Shown here: positions 1 to 9,144 of the stretch, one piece after another | How positions within the stretch are numbered: position 1 is the first letter of the stretch | How the letters are laid out: each line of letters opens with the position of its first letter | From: a virus | Lineage: Duplodnaviria > Caudoviricetes | Virus record (IMG/VR): IMGVR_UViG_3300020161_001601 | Coordinates: 1 to 32,038 of that record | Reading direction: 5' to 3' (one strand) | Length of the DNA stretch: 32,038 nucleotides | Made by a program: the position numbers and the translations under genes | The notes under the pieces: model-generated | Told to the model about the DNA's origin: nothing | What the model saw: only the letters and a program-made list of their open reading frames with translations | Databases searched by the model: none

Positions 1-1299
1 ACAACCGAAGTTCCAACAAATAATTGGGTAAGTGTGCAAGGATTCAATTATTCACCAGCTATATTTTTAAATTTAGACATATGCCCAACCCCAACCCCAA
101 CACCCACTTTAACACCTACACAAACTAAAACACCAACACCGACCCCAACTCTAAGTTTAGCCCCCACGACAACCCCCACACCTACAACAACTCCCACGCC
201 CACGAAAACTCCAACACAAACATCTACACCTACGCAAACTCCAACACAAACACAAACTCCAACCCCCACAAAAACTTCAACACAAACACCTACACAAACA
301 TGCACTCCCACAAAAACTTCCACACAAACCCCCACACCCACAAAAACTTCTTTTGTCACCCCAACACCTACACCAACTCAAACACCGACTCAAACTCCAA
401 CAAAAACCCAAACACCAACTCCGACCAAAACTCCAACTCAAACTCCCACACCCACGCAAACAAGAGCACCATTAACGGCTCCGAGTATTATAAATGTTAC
501 GAGTGAATACCAATCTAGCAGTAATGTTAAAGCTAATGTGTTTTTCTTAGCTTCAACTCCAACACCTAATGTTATAAATTACCAATATAGCATGGATGGT
601 ATTAATTGGATTGCTTTCACGCCATCTGATATTACATCACCAGCTTCTATATTGAATTTAAATTATAATACAACTTACAATATAAGAATAAGGGCTACTG
701 ATGGTGTGATATTCAGTCCATCTTCTAATATTTTTATCCACACTACAATAGCTCAACCAACACCAACACCAACACCTACAATAACCCAAACTCAAACTCC
801 CACAAAAACTCCAACTCCCACACCAACACCAACTGGAAACACACAAAACATATTAGTAAATACCATATCTTTTAGCAACACTATAGCAAATTATTCAACT
901 TCACAAATTGTTAATAATTATTTAACAACTAATTTAATAGATAGTGGAAGAAATAATACTATAAATTCTTATGCTGATAGTAGTTATTTCTGGAATCAAA
1001 GTTCCTCTTATAGATTTGTGAATATTACCACTAATACTGGAAAATCTTATACATTTGGTTATAGTTATTTAAATCAAGATTGGATTATGAGAAGAGATAA
1101 TTCCAATAATACTTGGACTGCTGTCGCATACATGTATGCTGGTGGAAAAACTGGAGAGAACGAAAGCTTCAGATATTCTGATACACAAACAATGCGGTGG
1201 GGAACTAGCCCGTTGAATACTACGTCATGGAATCTTCTTTTACAATTAGACGGTTATTATTCGGCTTCATCTAATATAAAATTATTTCCCAATGCTTAA
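1..1299 (+). CDS. 5'-truncated Pro/Thr-repeat virion-accessory protein with an FN3-like domain
   Basis: Frame 1 is open from base 1 ([14 protein letters not shown]...), so the real start lies upstream of the window and not at GTG 34. Two PT-rich runs flank an FN3-like segment (APSIINVT...NYQYSMDG..W...[21 protein letters not shown]). Ends in TAA at 1297-1299. Confidence 0.75.
   Translation, partial: TTEVPTNNWVSVQGFNYSPAIFLNLDICPTPTPTPTLTPTQTKTPTPTPTLSLAPTTTPTPTTTPTPTKTPTQTSTPTQTPTQTQTPTPTKTSTQTPTQTCTPTKTSTQTPTPTKTSFVTPTPTPTQTPTQTPTKTQTPTPTKTPTQTPTPTQTRAPLTAPSIINVTSEYQSSSNVKANVFFLASTPTPNVINYQYSMDGINWIAFTPSDITSPASILNLNYNTTYNIRIRATDGVIFSPSSNIFIHTTIAQPTPTPTPTITQTQTPTKTPTPTPTPTGNTQNILVNTISFSNTIANYSTSQIVNNYLTTNLIDSGRNNTINSYADSSYFWNQSSSYRFVNITTNTGKSYTFGYSYLNQDWIMRRDNSNNTWTAVAYMYAGGKTGENESFRYSDTQTMRWGTSPLNTTSWNLLLQLDGYYSASSNIKLFPNA
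85..462 (+). repeat. Pro/Thr low-complexity coding repeat ([12 protein letters not shown])
   Basis: About 125 codons of CCN/ACN with CAA/AAA, giving C/A-rich, G-poor DNA. A shorter second run lies at ~757-834. Confidence 0.95.
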
Positions 1300-1304
1300 A
1301 AATT

Positions 1305-3077
1305 ATGCCTCCTGAATCTCCAGAAAAAACATTTAAAATTGAAGATAGTGAAAATCAACAAAATTTACAAAATGTTGTTGATCAAAGTGAATCTTCTAAT
1401 TCTAATGAATCTGAACAAGAGTTAGAAAGTATTGTAAAAAAAGACGTTACATTACAGGATATAATGGATTTTTTGAAAAAAAATGGTTTTAATAATAAGA
1501 CTGATAAAGAAACTATAGAAAAAAATTACACTCAATTAGTAGAATATAAAAATTATATTAAAGAAATCGATAAATCCATAGAAGAAGTTGAAAAATTAAA
1601 AGAAACCTTTTATTCTAAAGTTGAAAATAAAGAAATAAAAAATGAAGGAAATATAGATTCCATTAAAAAACAGTTATCTAAAGTAGAGGAACAATTAGCA
1701 GAGTTAAATTCTTTAAAAAGAGAAAAAGAAGACGGTATAAAAGGTATAGTAAACAATTTTGTTAGCAATTCTGAAACAGATGTTAATATAGAAAATTTAA
1801 ATAAAGAAGAGTTGATTAATTTTGAAAACAAATATCAAAATGTTAAAAATACTTTATTGGATACTGTAAATAATAACAACTTATCAGTTAGAGAAGATCA
1901 AGTTGAAAATGTAAAAAATGCGGAGTCTAAGCAAGAACAAGAAGTTGATCAGTTTTTAAATGGTGTCGAATCTACAGATAGTACTAATGAAGAATTACGA
2001 GGTGCTGAATCTAATGAAAGTGTTAGTGGAGAATTACAAGATACCAAATCTCCAGAAAATGCTAATAGCAAATTACAAGGTGTTGGATCTACGCAGGAAG
2101 TTAATGAATTTTTAAATGGTGTGGAGTCTTCAGATAATATTAGTGGAGAATTGCAAGGTGCTGAATCTCCAAAAACTGTTAGTGGAGAATTACAAGATAC
2201 CAAATCTCCAGAAAATGTTAATAGCAAATTGCAAGGTACTGAATCTAATGAGGGTGTTAGTGGAGAATTGCAAGGTGTTGAATCTTCAGAGAGTGTTAAT
2301 CAATTTTTAAATGGTTCAGAGTCTACAGATAGTATCAGTGGAGAATTGCAAGGTACTGAATCCACGCAGGAAGTTAACGAATTTCTAAATGGCATAGAAT
2401 CTCCAGAAAATGCTAGTGGAGAATTGCAAGGTGCTGAATCTTTAGAGAGTGTTAATCAATTTTTAAATGGCGTAGAATCTCCAGAAAATGTTAGTGATGA
2501 ATTGCAAGGTGCTGAATCTACGCAGGAAGTTAACGAATTTCTAAATGGCATAGAATCTCCAGAAAATGCTAGTGGAGAATTGCAAATAGCAAAGTCTGAA
2601 GAATCTAGTAAATCTGAATCATTAAAATCAGTAGCTAGTGAAGAGGAAAATTTAAAAAATGAAAATGCGGCATATTCTATGGCAAAACCTCCAGAAAATG
2701 AAAACTCTCCAATGGGAGATTTGAAAAATTCTGAAGAATTTGAAGATAAAGAAAGTCCGAAAGTTGATGAAAAAGAAGGTGGCGTTTTAACCAAAATAAC
2801 CGATTTATTCGAAAAAATGAACAATAATTTGAATAAAAATTTTGAAAAATTGAATGAATCTATATCTGGTTTACAATCTGAAAAAAAAAACGAATCGGAT
2901 GAACCTGTAAAAGAAAAAAGAGTTGATGGTGATCAATCGTATCAAGATAATCCTAAAAATACTTTTAATAATTATATAAAAGAATATAGACAAAGTTTGA
3001 GAAACAATCTACCCATGCCTTCCTTAATGGGTATAGAGAAGAAATTAAAGGCCAATAACATTGGTTCATATGTCTAA
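1305..3077 (+). CDS. Acidic coiled-coil protein with 13-aa tandem repeats; candidate tape-measure (gp29-position) or tail assembly protein
   Basis: 590 aa, E/S/N-rich, with coiled-coil-like N- and C-terminal parts and an internal repeat array. It sits directly upstream of the gp48-like gene, where T4 has gp29. Function is inferred from position only. Confidence 0.45.
   Translation: MPPESPEKTFKIEDSENQQNLQNVVDQSESSNSNESEQELESIVKKDVTLQDIMDFLKKNGFNNKTDKETIEKNYTQLVEYKNYIKEIDKSIEEVEKLKETFYSKVENKEIKNEGNIDSIKKQLSKVEEQLAELNSLKREKEDGIKGIVNNFVSNSETDVNIENLNKEELINFENKYQNVKNTLLDTVNNNNLSVREDQVENVKNAESKQEQEVDQFLNGVESTDSTNEELRGAESNESVSGELQDTKSPENANSKLQGVGSTQEVNEFLNGVESSDNISGELQGAESPKTVSGELQDTKSPENVNSKLQGTESNEGVSGELQGVESSESVNQFLNGSESTDSISGELQGTESTQEVNEFLNGIESPENASGELQGAESLESVNQFLNGVESPENVSDELQGAESTQEVNEFLNGIESPENASGELQIAKSEESSKSESLKSVASEEENLKNENAAYSMAKPPENENSPMGDLKNSEEFEDKESPKVDEKEGGVLTKITDLFEKMNNNLNKNFEKLNESISGLQSEKKNESDEPVKEKRVDGDQSYQDNPKNTFNNYIKEYRQSLRNNLPMPSLMGIEKKLKANNIGSYV
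1953..2576 (+). repeat. 16 in-frame 39-bp (13-aa) tandem repeats
   Basis: Units such as FLNGVESTDSTNE, ELQGAESPKTVSG, ELQDTKSPENANS and KLQGTESNEGVSG. There is an exact 66-bp copy at 2364-2429 and 2520-2585. Confidence 0.95.
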
Positions 3078-3082
3078 ATATT
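3075..3082 (+). promoter_or_regulatory. Putative late promoter TAAATAWT
   Basis: TAAATAtt; the hexamer ends 5 nt before GTG 3086. It resembles the T4 late -10 element TATAAATA and recurs before other structural genes. Confidence 0.6.
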
Positions 3083-3085
3083 TCT

Positions 3086-4372
3086 GTGAATAATTTATTC
3101 AAATTCGAATCTACCACGGATTGTAATGTACCAACTGGATCTCCGAAAATAATACCAGTTGGGGGTAGAGGTATTTTTGCATCTTTATCTAGAAATTTTT
3201 TGAAAAGTGATTCTTTAGGAGATGCTACATCTGGATTGATAAATGTTGTTAATGATTTTCACTGGACATCTTCTCATTTAAGAAGCAGACAAGATGTTCC
3301 ATATATAAATCTTAAAGAAAAAAGACTTAAAACCAACGCATTAATAGCTCAATTAGCATATTATAGCTTGATAGCTGCTGGCAAGGGCGGGGAAGTTGGG
3401 GGGAGATTAGGCAATTTAATAGGAAGTTCTAAAACATTTTCTGGAGCTTTTGGTAATTTGTTCAGTGGTTCATTTGGAGAAAGGTTAACATCTATAGGAA
3501 AAGGTTTACTAGGAGGAGCTTCTAATTTTGGGAGTGGTGTATTAAATTCTGGACTTACGGAATTGATAACTGGAAAAAATGCTAGTGGTTTTTTAAATTC
3601 GATAACATGGGACAAAGCATCTTCTAGCGTTTTAACACCATATGAGGGTCTTTATATAACAGAGGATACTAAATTCAACTATATTATGCCATATTTCGAA
3701 GACGTTCCAAATGCCGTTAAAAATGCTTTTAGTACAGACGATCACATATTTACCAAAAAAGGTGGATTGGGTGCGATGATTGGTGATTTGGCTGGTAAGG
3801 CTGAAGGTTTATCTTATGGATTATCCACAAGTATGAATATCATGGAGCCTGGTATTTATATAGAAAAACCTCAATTTTATCAAAATGCTGCGAGTGGAGA
3901 TTCTTTAAGATTTACATTCCCTTTAATAAACACTGGTTGGTCCACTATAGAAGATGTTCAAAGAAATTGGCAATTGATATATATGTTAATATACCAAAAT
4001 AGACCGAATAGAAAAAGTAGAGATTTGATAGATCCTCCTTGTTTGTATGAAGTTATGATACCAGGTGTGAAATTTATGCCATATGCTTATATATCTGGAC
4101 TATCTGTTCAATTTATGGGTTCTAGAAGAAGTTATTACTTAAATGTTCCAAGTTTGAAAGGTAGTAGTAAAGTTTTAACCATAGTGCCAGATGCTTATAT
4201 GGTAAGTATTACACTTCAAGGGCTGGTGGCAGAAAGTCAAAACTTTCTATATCATATGTTATTTGAGCAAGATATTATAAATGTGACAGAATCTTCTAGT
4301 GGTGGTGGAAATTTAATAGAATCTATATTAGAGGGTTTTAGGAGGGAGGTTTCTAATAATTCAACACAATGA
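3086..4372 (+). CDS. Baseplate/tail-tube initiator, T4 gp48/gp54-like
   Basis: The C-terminal half has a tube-fold-like pattern (FTFPLIN...DPPCLYEVMIPG..MPYAYISGLSVQF...PDAYMVSITLQGL). It lies immediately upstream of the gp53-like gene. GTG start. Confidence 0.6.
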   Translation: MNNLFKFESTTDCNVPTGSPKIIPVGGRGIFASLSRNFLKSDSLGDATSGLINVVNDFHWTSSHLRSRQDVPYINLKEKRLKTNALIAQLAYYSLIAAGKGGEVGGRLGNLIGSSKTFSGAFGNLFSGSFGERLTSIGKGLLGGASNFGSGVLNSGLTELITGKNASGFLNSITWDKASSSVLTPYEGLYITEDTKFNYIMPYFEDVPNAVKNAFSTDDHIFTKKGGLGAMIGDLAGKAEGLSYGLSTSMNIMEPGIYIEKPQFYQNAASGDSLRFTFPLINTGWSTIEDVQRNWQLIYMLIYQNRPNRKSRDLIDPPCLYEVMIPGVKFMPYAYISGLSVQFMGSRRSYYLNVPSLKGSSKVLTIVPDAYMVSITLQGLVAESQNFLYHMLFEQDIINVTESSSGGGNLIESILEGFRREVSNNSTQ

Positions 4373-4761
4373 TAACATCATATATAGACGGACTTTCTGC
4401 GGTTGGAGATTATCAAAAAAATATATTAAGTTTACCTAAACTTAACGAGTATCAGTATGAAAATTTCATGAAAATGTATCTGACTGAAGATAATCAATAT
4501 TATTACAATTTGCAATCTTTTTCGATTTATTTTTTAGATGAATTGGATACCAGCGCATATTATGAAATTCAACTCAATAAACAGATGCCTTGGACATCTA
4601 TAAGTTATAATGAATATAGAACTATAGACTTGTGGTGGTTGATAGTGTTAATAAATAAAATTTATAATCCTTTAGAATTCCCAAAGGCTGGTACTAAATT
4701 GAAAATATTATTTCCGCAATATGTTAGAACCGTTTTAACAAAATTGAACAATGAACTTTAA
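4369..4761 (+). CDS. gp53: Baseplate wedge protein, T4 gp53-like (LysM-like)
   Basis: WTSISYNEYRTIDLWWLIVLINKIYNP...GTKLKI is typical of gp53/LysM-type baseplate proteins. ATGA overlap with the upstream gene. Confidence 0.8.
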   Translation: MITSYIDGLSAVGDYQKNILSLPKLNEYQYENFMKMYLTEDNQYYYNLQSFSIYFLDELDTSAYYEIQLNKQMPWTSISYNEYRTIDLWWLIVLINKIYNPLEFPKAGTKLKILFPQYVRTVLTKLNNEL

Positions 4762-6403
4762 TAACATAATATCTAATTTTATAAGAGGCGATGAAGGTGG
4801 TAAAACTGGGAACATCGTGCAGATAGGTGATAACTATTATATTTTTGATGTTTATCTATGGAACGGGGAAACAAAAACTGGTATAACTTTCGGATCTATA
4901 AAAGATTTTAAAATAGTAGACGATTTAAGATATTTTTACTCATACGGTTATATTGTAGTTAATAATACAAATGATGTGTTGGAAACATTCAACGGTATAG
5001 ATGGAGGGGAAAAAATAATACCTTACAACTTTAGAGGGGATGGTAAGGACTACTTGCAAGTTGAAATAATGCCTCAAATGAATCCGAACGATAATTGCAT
5101 GAGCACGTTATCGGAATCTGAAAGAAAGGAATTTTGTTTAAAATATACATTTTCCATATATAAAATAGAAGAAGAAATGAGAGAAGATAGAGGTGTTAAA
5201 TTTAAAAAATTATATTTTTGGGATGTTGATTATCAATTGCTAAATGAAATAGATTCTCATTTTAGCACTTCAGAAGTTCCAGTAAATGGCTCGGATGGTA
5301 TATTAGAAGGTATTAACAGCCTATTTCAATCAAATAATAATGTTAGTAATTTATCAAATCAAAAAAGCAAAGTAAATAATACAGATGATTTTAAAAGATA
5401 CACTGGAGATTGTTTAAAATACTTGTTGAAAAAAACTTTGAATAAAACTGGATTTAAGGCTTCATCTACGGAATGGGACAAAGGTGGAGCTTTGATTGAA
5501 CACCACACTAATGGTAAATATAAAAGTATAGACGATGTTCAATATTTAATAGAATACCATGTGAGTGAACCTAGCTATGAATACGTTCCATGTATTTTAA
5601 AAAAACATAGATACACGGATGAGTATACATTTTTACCAATAACATCATATTTGCAAAATGCTAGTTATAAAAGCGGTGGCATTTTAGGATCTATTTCTAG
5701 AAAATTGGGCGGTAAAGAAATGACAGAAGATATGTATTTGGGTAAATTGGACACTGCTAATGGTTCAGGTTTGGGTAATAAATTCAATTTTGGATCTTTA
5801 ACATCTCCTAATTCTTTTAACGCTATAAATTATAATATTATAGAACATTACTCTTTCATAAAACCAGATGCTGATATGATGCAACAAGATGTTTCAACTC
5901 ATTTTGTACATTCATATGATCCTCATGGTGGTTTTACATGTTCTATAGGTTCGAATAATATAAATAGCTCTAAAAAATCAATTTTTAACGATAATGTTAA
6001 AAATTTACCAACATTCACGACATCCCAAAAATTTGACACTATACCAGTGAATCAATTAAGAGAAAATAATCAAAACGTTAAACATGTTTTTGAGACAGGG
6101 TTGGGTACTGGTCAGAATTTTCAAAAATTAAATTTTGGTAGAAATAAAGCATTAATGGCTTCAGTATTTAAAAATACTGCTATATATTTTAGAATTAGAG
6201 GTTTAACTAAAAGAAAATCTGGAACATTTTTCAATTTAAATAGATCCGATAATCAACTTCCATCTGAACATGATAAAATGGTTCTAGGGACTTATTTTAC
6301 AACTATGGTTATACACGAATTCAGTCAAGGCATGTATTATAATCACATATATGCCACTAAACCAGCTTCTTCGGAAGAACATAAATTTGCACAAATGATA
6401 TGA
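4751..6403 (+). CDS. Probable baseplate hub protein (gp27/late-control-D-like)
   Basis: 550 aa following gp53. It has an N-terminal 'IKDFKIVDDL..FYSYGYIVVNN' and a C-terminal 'FRIRGLTKRKSGTFFNL...LGTYFTTMVIHEF...Y.NHIYATK', which match hub-type beta barrels. Confidence 0.6.
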   Translation: MNFNNIISNFIRGDEGGKTGNIVQIGDNYYIFDVYLWNGETKTGITFGSIKDFKIVDDLRYFYSYGYIVVNNTNDVLETFNGIDGGEKIIPYNFRGDGKDYLQVEIMPQMNPNDNCMSTLSESERKEFCLKYTFSIYKIEEEMREDRGVKFKKLYFWDVDYQLLNEIDSHFSTSEVPVNGSDGILEGINSLFQSNNNVSNLSNQKSKVNNTDDFKRYTGDCLKYLLKKTLNKTGFKASSTEWDKGGALIEHHTNGKYKSIDDVQYLIEYHVSEPSYEYVPCILKKHRYTDEYTFLPITSYLQNASYKSGGILGSISRKLGGKEMTEDMYLGKLDTANGSGLGNKFNFGSLTSPNSFNAINYNIIEHYSFIKPDADMMQQDVSTHFVHSYDPHGGFTCSIGSNNINSSKKSIFNDNVKNLPTFTTSQKFDTIPVNQLRENNQNVKHVFETGLGTGQNFQKLNFGRNKALMASVFKNTAIYFRIRGLTKRKSGTFFNLNRSDNQLPSEHDKMVLGTYFTTMVIHEFSQGMYYNHIYATKPASSEEHKFAQMI

Positions 6404-7239
6404 ACTCAATCGATGGTTATATATTATATCAAACGGTAGATCCTCTAACTAAAACAGTTTCTCCAGAATTTTATGGTTTATTTGAATCTGTAGGTCAAGA
6501 AAGTATTGATTTGATGGTGGAACTTAAAATAGTAATGACATCAAATTTTACAAGAAGGACTGAAAATTTAAAGAAATTTTTTAGAAAATTAGATAATGAA
6601 TTGATAAACTTACCAGTCCCTATGCAAGATTGGTTTAAAAAATTTTACGATAAAAGAATTTCGCAAGAAGTTAAAGGTGAAATTTTATTAGAAGGTCCAT
6701 TACAATCTCTAGATAAGAAATTTTCATTTGATTCTTTAAATAAAACAATGGATGTCACTTCTTGGTATACTTCAAATACAGTCCCTCCTTTCAATTCACT
6801 GGAACAAAAAGTGCCTTGTAATGCGGCTACTGTGCCTAAAAATTGCGTGAATAGTGCTGATACAGCCATGTATTTAACGAAAATGGCACGTATTAAAGTT
6901 TGTAAAGACAGAGCTTTAAGTGCAGTAATAACTAAAGTCGCAACTCCTGATAAATCTCATGGACAAGTTGAAGTTGGTGATTATAATTTCCCGAAAAGAG
7001 TAGCTAAAGTAGCAACCGAATACATGGGAAAAATTCAAAATTTTTTGGGGAGAAATGCGAAATATGTTATGGATAATATAAATTTCAAACCGTCTTCCAA
7101 CAATGTACAGACTGGAGCGCCGAACATAAACATACCAACAAAAATAGGAGATAAGAGTGTAAATTCAACAATATATGGATACACTGTAAAAAAATTGGAA
7201 GCTAAAAATCCATTCTTACCTAAGAAGATAGTAGAGTAA
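6400..7239 (+). CDS. Hypothetical protein, probably baseplate-associated
   Basis: 279-aa ORF translationally coupled (ATGA) to the hub gene. No recognisable motif. Confidence 0.6.
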   Translation: MNSIDGYILYQTVDPLTKTVSPEFYGLFESVGQESIDLMVELKIVMTSNFTRRTENLKKFFRKLDNELINLPVPMQDWFKKFYDKRISQEVKGEILLEGPLQSLDKKFSFDSLNKTMDVTSWYTSNTVPPFNSLEQKVPCNAATVPKNCVNSADTAMYLTKMARIKVCKDRALSAVITKVATPDKSHGQVEVGDYNFPKRVAKVATEYMGKIQNFLGRNAKYVMDNINFKPSSNNVQTGAPNINIPTKIGDKSVNSTIYGYTVKKLEAKNPFLPKKIVE

Positions 7240-7696
7240 ATTCGGTATCTATCGCATCTTCATTATTCATTAACATTTTAAAAATTTCATCTCTTGTCAT
7301 ATGTATACCAGATTTTGAATCTTCTATTTTTTCCAATTCCTTTTTACTTTCTATATCCATTTGTTTCATCTCTTTTGAGTTTTCAGCTTTCATTTTAGCT
7401 ATATGAATATCTTTTAAAATATTCATTGCACTAGAAACACCTTTAAAAATTTCAGCTAAAGCTTCGACTTCATCGGATTGAGGGTTTAATAATACGGTTT
7501 GTTTTATTTCATTTATAGCTTCTATACCACTCTCTACTAATTCTTTTGAATTTTTTAAAATAAATTGATTTAAATCATCACTTTCACTTTCTTCATTTTC
7601 TTTGACTTTATTTTTTATAACTCCTATGGTTTTTTTTATTTGATCCGTTAAATCATTTGAAGTGTTAGATTGCGAATTATCCGAAAAACTATTCAT
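7220..7696 (-). CDS. Helical protein, possible terminase small subunit (T4 gp16-like)
   Basis: Start reassigned to ATG 7696 (MNSFSDN...), 5 nt after a TAAATA motif; the longer 7840 call overlaps dUTPase. ELVESGIEAINEIKQ...SDEVEALAEIFKGVSSAMNILKDIH...TRDEIFKML resembles the gp16 helical core and C-terminal motif. Confidence 0.45.
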   Translation of the reverse strand: MNSFSDNSQSNTSNDLTDQIKKTIGVIKNKVKENEESESDDLNQFILKNSKELVESGIEAINEIKQTVLLNPQSDEVEALAEIFKGVSSAMNILKDIHIAKMKAENSKEMKQMDIESKKELEKIEDSKSGIHMTRDEIFKMLMNNEDAIDTEFTLLSS

Positions 7697-7699
7697 GAT

Positions 7700-7707
7700 A
7701 TTATTTA
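7700..7707 (-). promoter_or_regulatory. Putative late promoter TAAATAWT
   Basis: The minus strand reads ccTAAATAatatcATG. Confidence 0.6.
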
Positions 7708-7709
7708 GG

Positions 7710-7737
7710 TTGACTTCGACTGGCATCAATATATAAT
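7710..7737 (+). promoter_or_regulatory. Sigma70-type (early/middle) promoter for the dUTPase and clamp-loader genes
   Basis: TTGACT (7710-7715), a 16-nt spacer and TATAAT (7732-7737), 9 nt upstream of ATG 7747. Confidence 0.65.
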
Positions 7738-7746
7738 GATCCATAT

Positions 7747-8211
7747 ATGGAAGAATTCTCATTATTGAAGAATATGGCAAGACAACCGAAAGTGTGTTTT
7801 GAAAAAACACATACAGATGCCATCTTACCGAGTAAATCAATGAAAGAAGATGTTGGTTGGGATGTTTCCTCTATAGAGGATGTTGAAATACCAGCGAAGG
7901 GGTCTATTATAGTTAAAATAGGTTTAAAATTGGCATATATTGATGAGGGGTATTGGATTAAAGTGGAATCTAGATCTGGTTTGGCATTTAAGCATAATAT
8001 TTTGGCATTTCAAGGCATTATAGATAATCCTTACAGGGGAGAGATTGGTGTGAAATTGTTTAATTTTTCAGATCAAAATTATAAAGTACAAAAAGGGGAT
8101 CGCGTGGCTCAACTTGTCATATATTACGAGAATATTGATTTTTCTTTTGAGTGGGGTAAGGTGGTGCCTACCAAAAGACAAGAAAGGGGGTTTGGTTCTA
8201 GCGGAAAATGA
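7747..8211 (+). CDS. dut: Trimeric dUTPase
   Basis: All five motifs are present: VGWDV, SRSGL, GIIDNPYRGEI, GDRVAQL, RQERGFGSSG. An alternative start lies at 7774. Confidence 0.97.
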   Translation: MEEFSLLKNMARQPKVCFEKTHTDAILPSKSMKEDVGWDVSSIEDVEIPAKGSIIVKIGLKLAYIDEGYWIKVESRSGLAFKHNILAFQGIIDNPYRGEIGVKLFNFSDQNYKVQKGDRVAQLVIYYENIDFSFEWGKVVPTKRQERGFGSSGK

Positions 8212-9143
8212 GTGTTAATAATCTTTGGTCTGAAAAATATAGACCTAAAACTATAGATGAGTTGGTTGTGTCTGAAAATGATAAAAAAATAATAAACAAT
8301 TTTATTTCTAATGACGAGATACCGAACCTTTTATTTTATGGAAATGCTGGTACTGGTAAAACTAGTACTGGTAAAATATTGATATCATCTTTAGATGCTG
8401 AAGATTTATTTTTAAATTGCGCTGAAGTTGGCATAGATGATGTTAGAAGTACTATTACAACTTTTAGTAAAACTAAAAGCTTCAATGGCAAAAAGAAAAT
8501 AGTTTTTCTAGATGAAATAGATTCTGCTTCTCCAGCTGCTCAGAGGGGTTTGCGAAATACGATGGAAGAAAATTCCGCATATTGTAGATATATTTTGACT
8601 TCAAATTATATACACAATGTCATTGTTCCCTTGCAGTCTAGATGTCAAACCATACAATTAACACCTCCTATCGAATTAATAGTTAAGCGTATTAAATTTA
8701 TTATTAATAACGAGAATATAAAAATGGAGAATGATTCTATTGGCAAGTTAATAGGCTTGATTAAAAAATATTTTCCAGATATACGTAAAACTATTAATGA
8801 AATTCAAAAATACTGTATAAATGGTGTTTTAAGTATTCCAGATTTGTCAAATGTTGACAACTTTGTTAAAAAAATAATAAACTTCACTATTAATGATAAA
8901 ATGTTTGATTTGAGAAAAATTATCATTCAAAATGAACATGACTTTAAAGGAGATTATTATGTTTTGATGAAAAATCTTTTTGATCAAATTTGTGATATCA
9001 AAATACAAGAAATTGATGAAATGAAGAAAAAGTTAATACTTGTAGATATAGGAGAATATATGTATAGATCTTCTTTTGTAGCAGATCAAGAGATTAATTT
9101 TTACTGTTTATTACTATCTTTGAATAAGATAATTAAAAATTAA
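8208..9143 (+). CDS. gp44: Sliding-clamp loader AAA+ ATPase (T4 gp44 / RFC small subunit family)
   Basis: LWSEKYRP, Walker A GNAGTGKTS, Walker B LDEID, AQRGLRNTME, SRC arginine-finger motif and FPDIRKTINEIQ. Confidence 0.95.
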   Translation: MSVNNLWSEKYRPKTIDELVVSENDKKIINNFISNDEIPNLLFYGNAGTGKTSTGKILISSLDAEDLFLNCAEVGIDDVRSTITTFSKTKSFNGKKKIVFLDEIDSASPAAQRGLRNTMEENSAYCRYILTSNYIHNVIVPLQSRCQTIQLTPPIELIVKRIKFIINNENIKMENDSIGKLIGLIKKYFPDIRKTINEIQKYCINGVLSIPDLSNVDNFVKKIINFTINDKMFDLRKIIIQNEHDFKGDYYVLMKNLFDQICDIKIQEIDEMKKKLILVDIGEYMYRSSFVADQEINFYCLLLSLNKIIKN

Positions 9144-9144
9144 A

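Noticed and set aside
48-846. Minus-strand and off-frame ORFs rich in VGVGV or CWC (48-359, 277-459, 300-506, 658-846; also 23549-23764)
   Set aside because: They are shadows of the Pro/Thr codon repeats, which lack stop codons in other frames.
1953-2576. 39-bp repeat array as a CRISPR array
   Set aside because: The units are contiguous, in frame and degenerate, with no unique spacers and no cas genes.
7697-7840. N-terminal extension of the minus-strand ORF to 7840 (and of the methyltransferase to 10419)
   Set aside because: The first overlaps dUTPase and its promoter. In both cases an internal ATG follows a late-promoter motif and gives a more plausible start.
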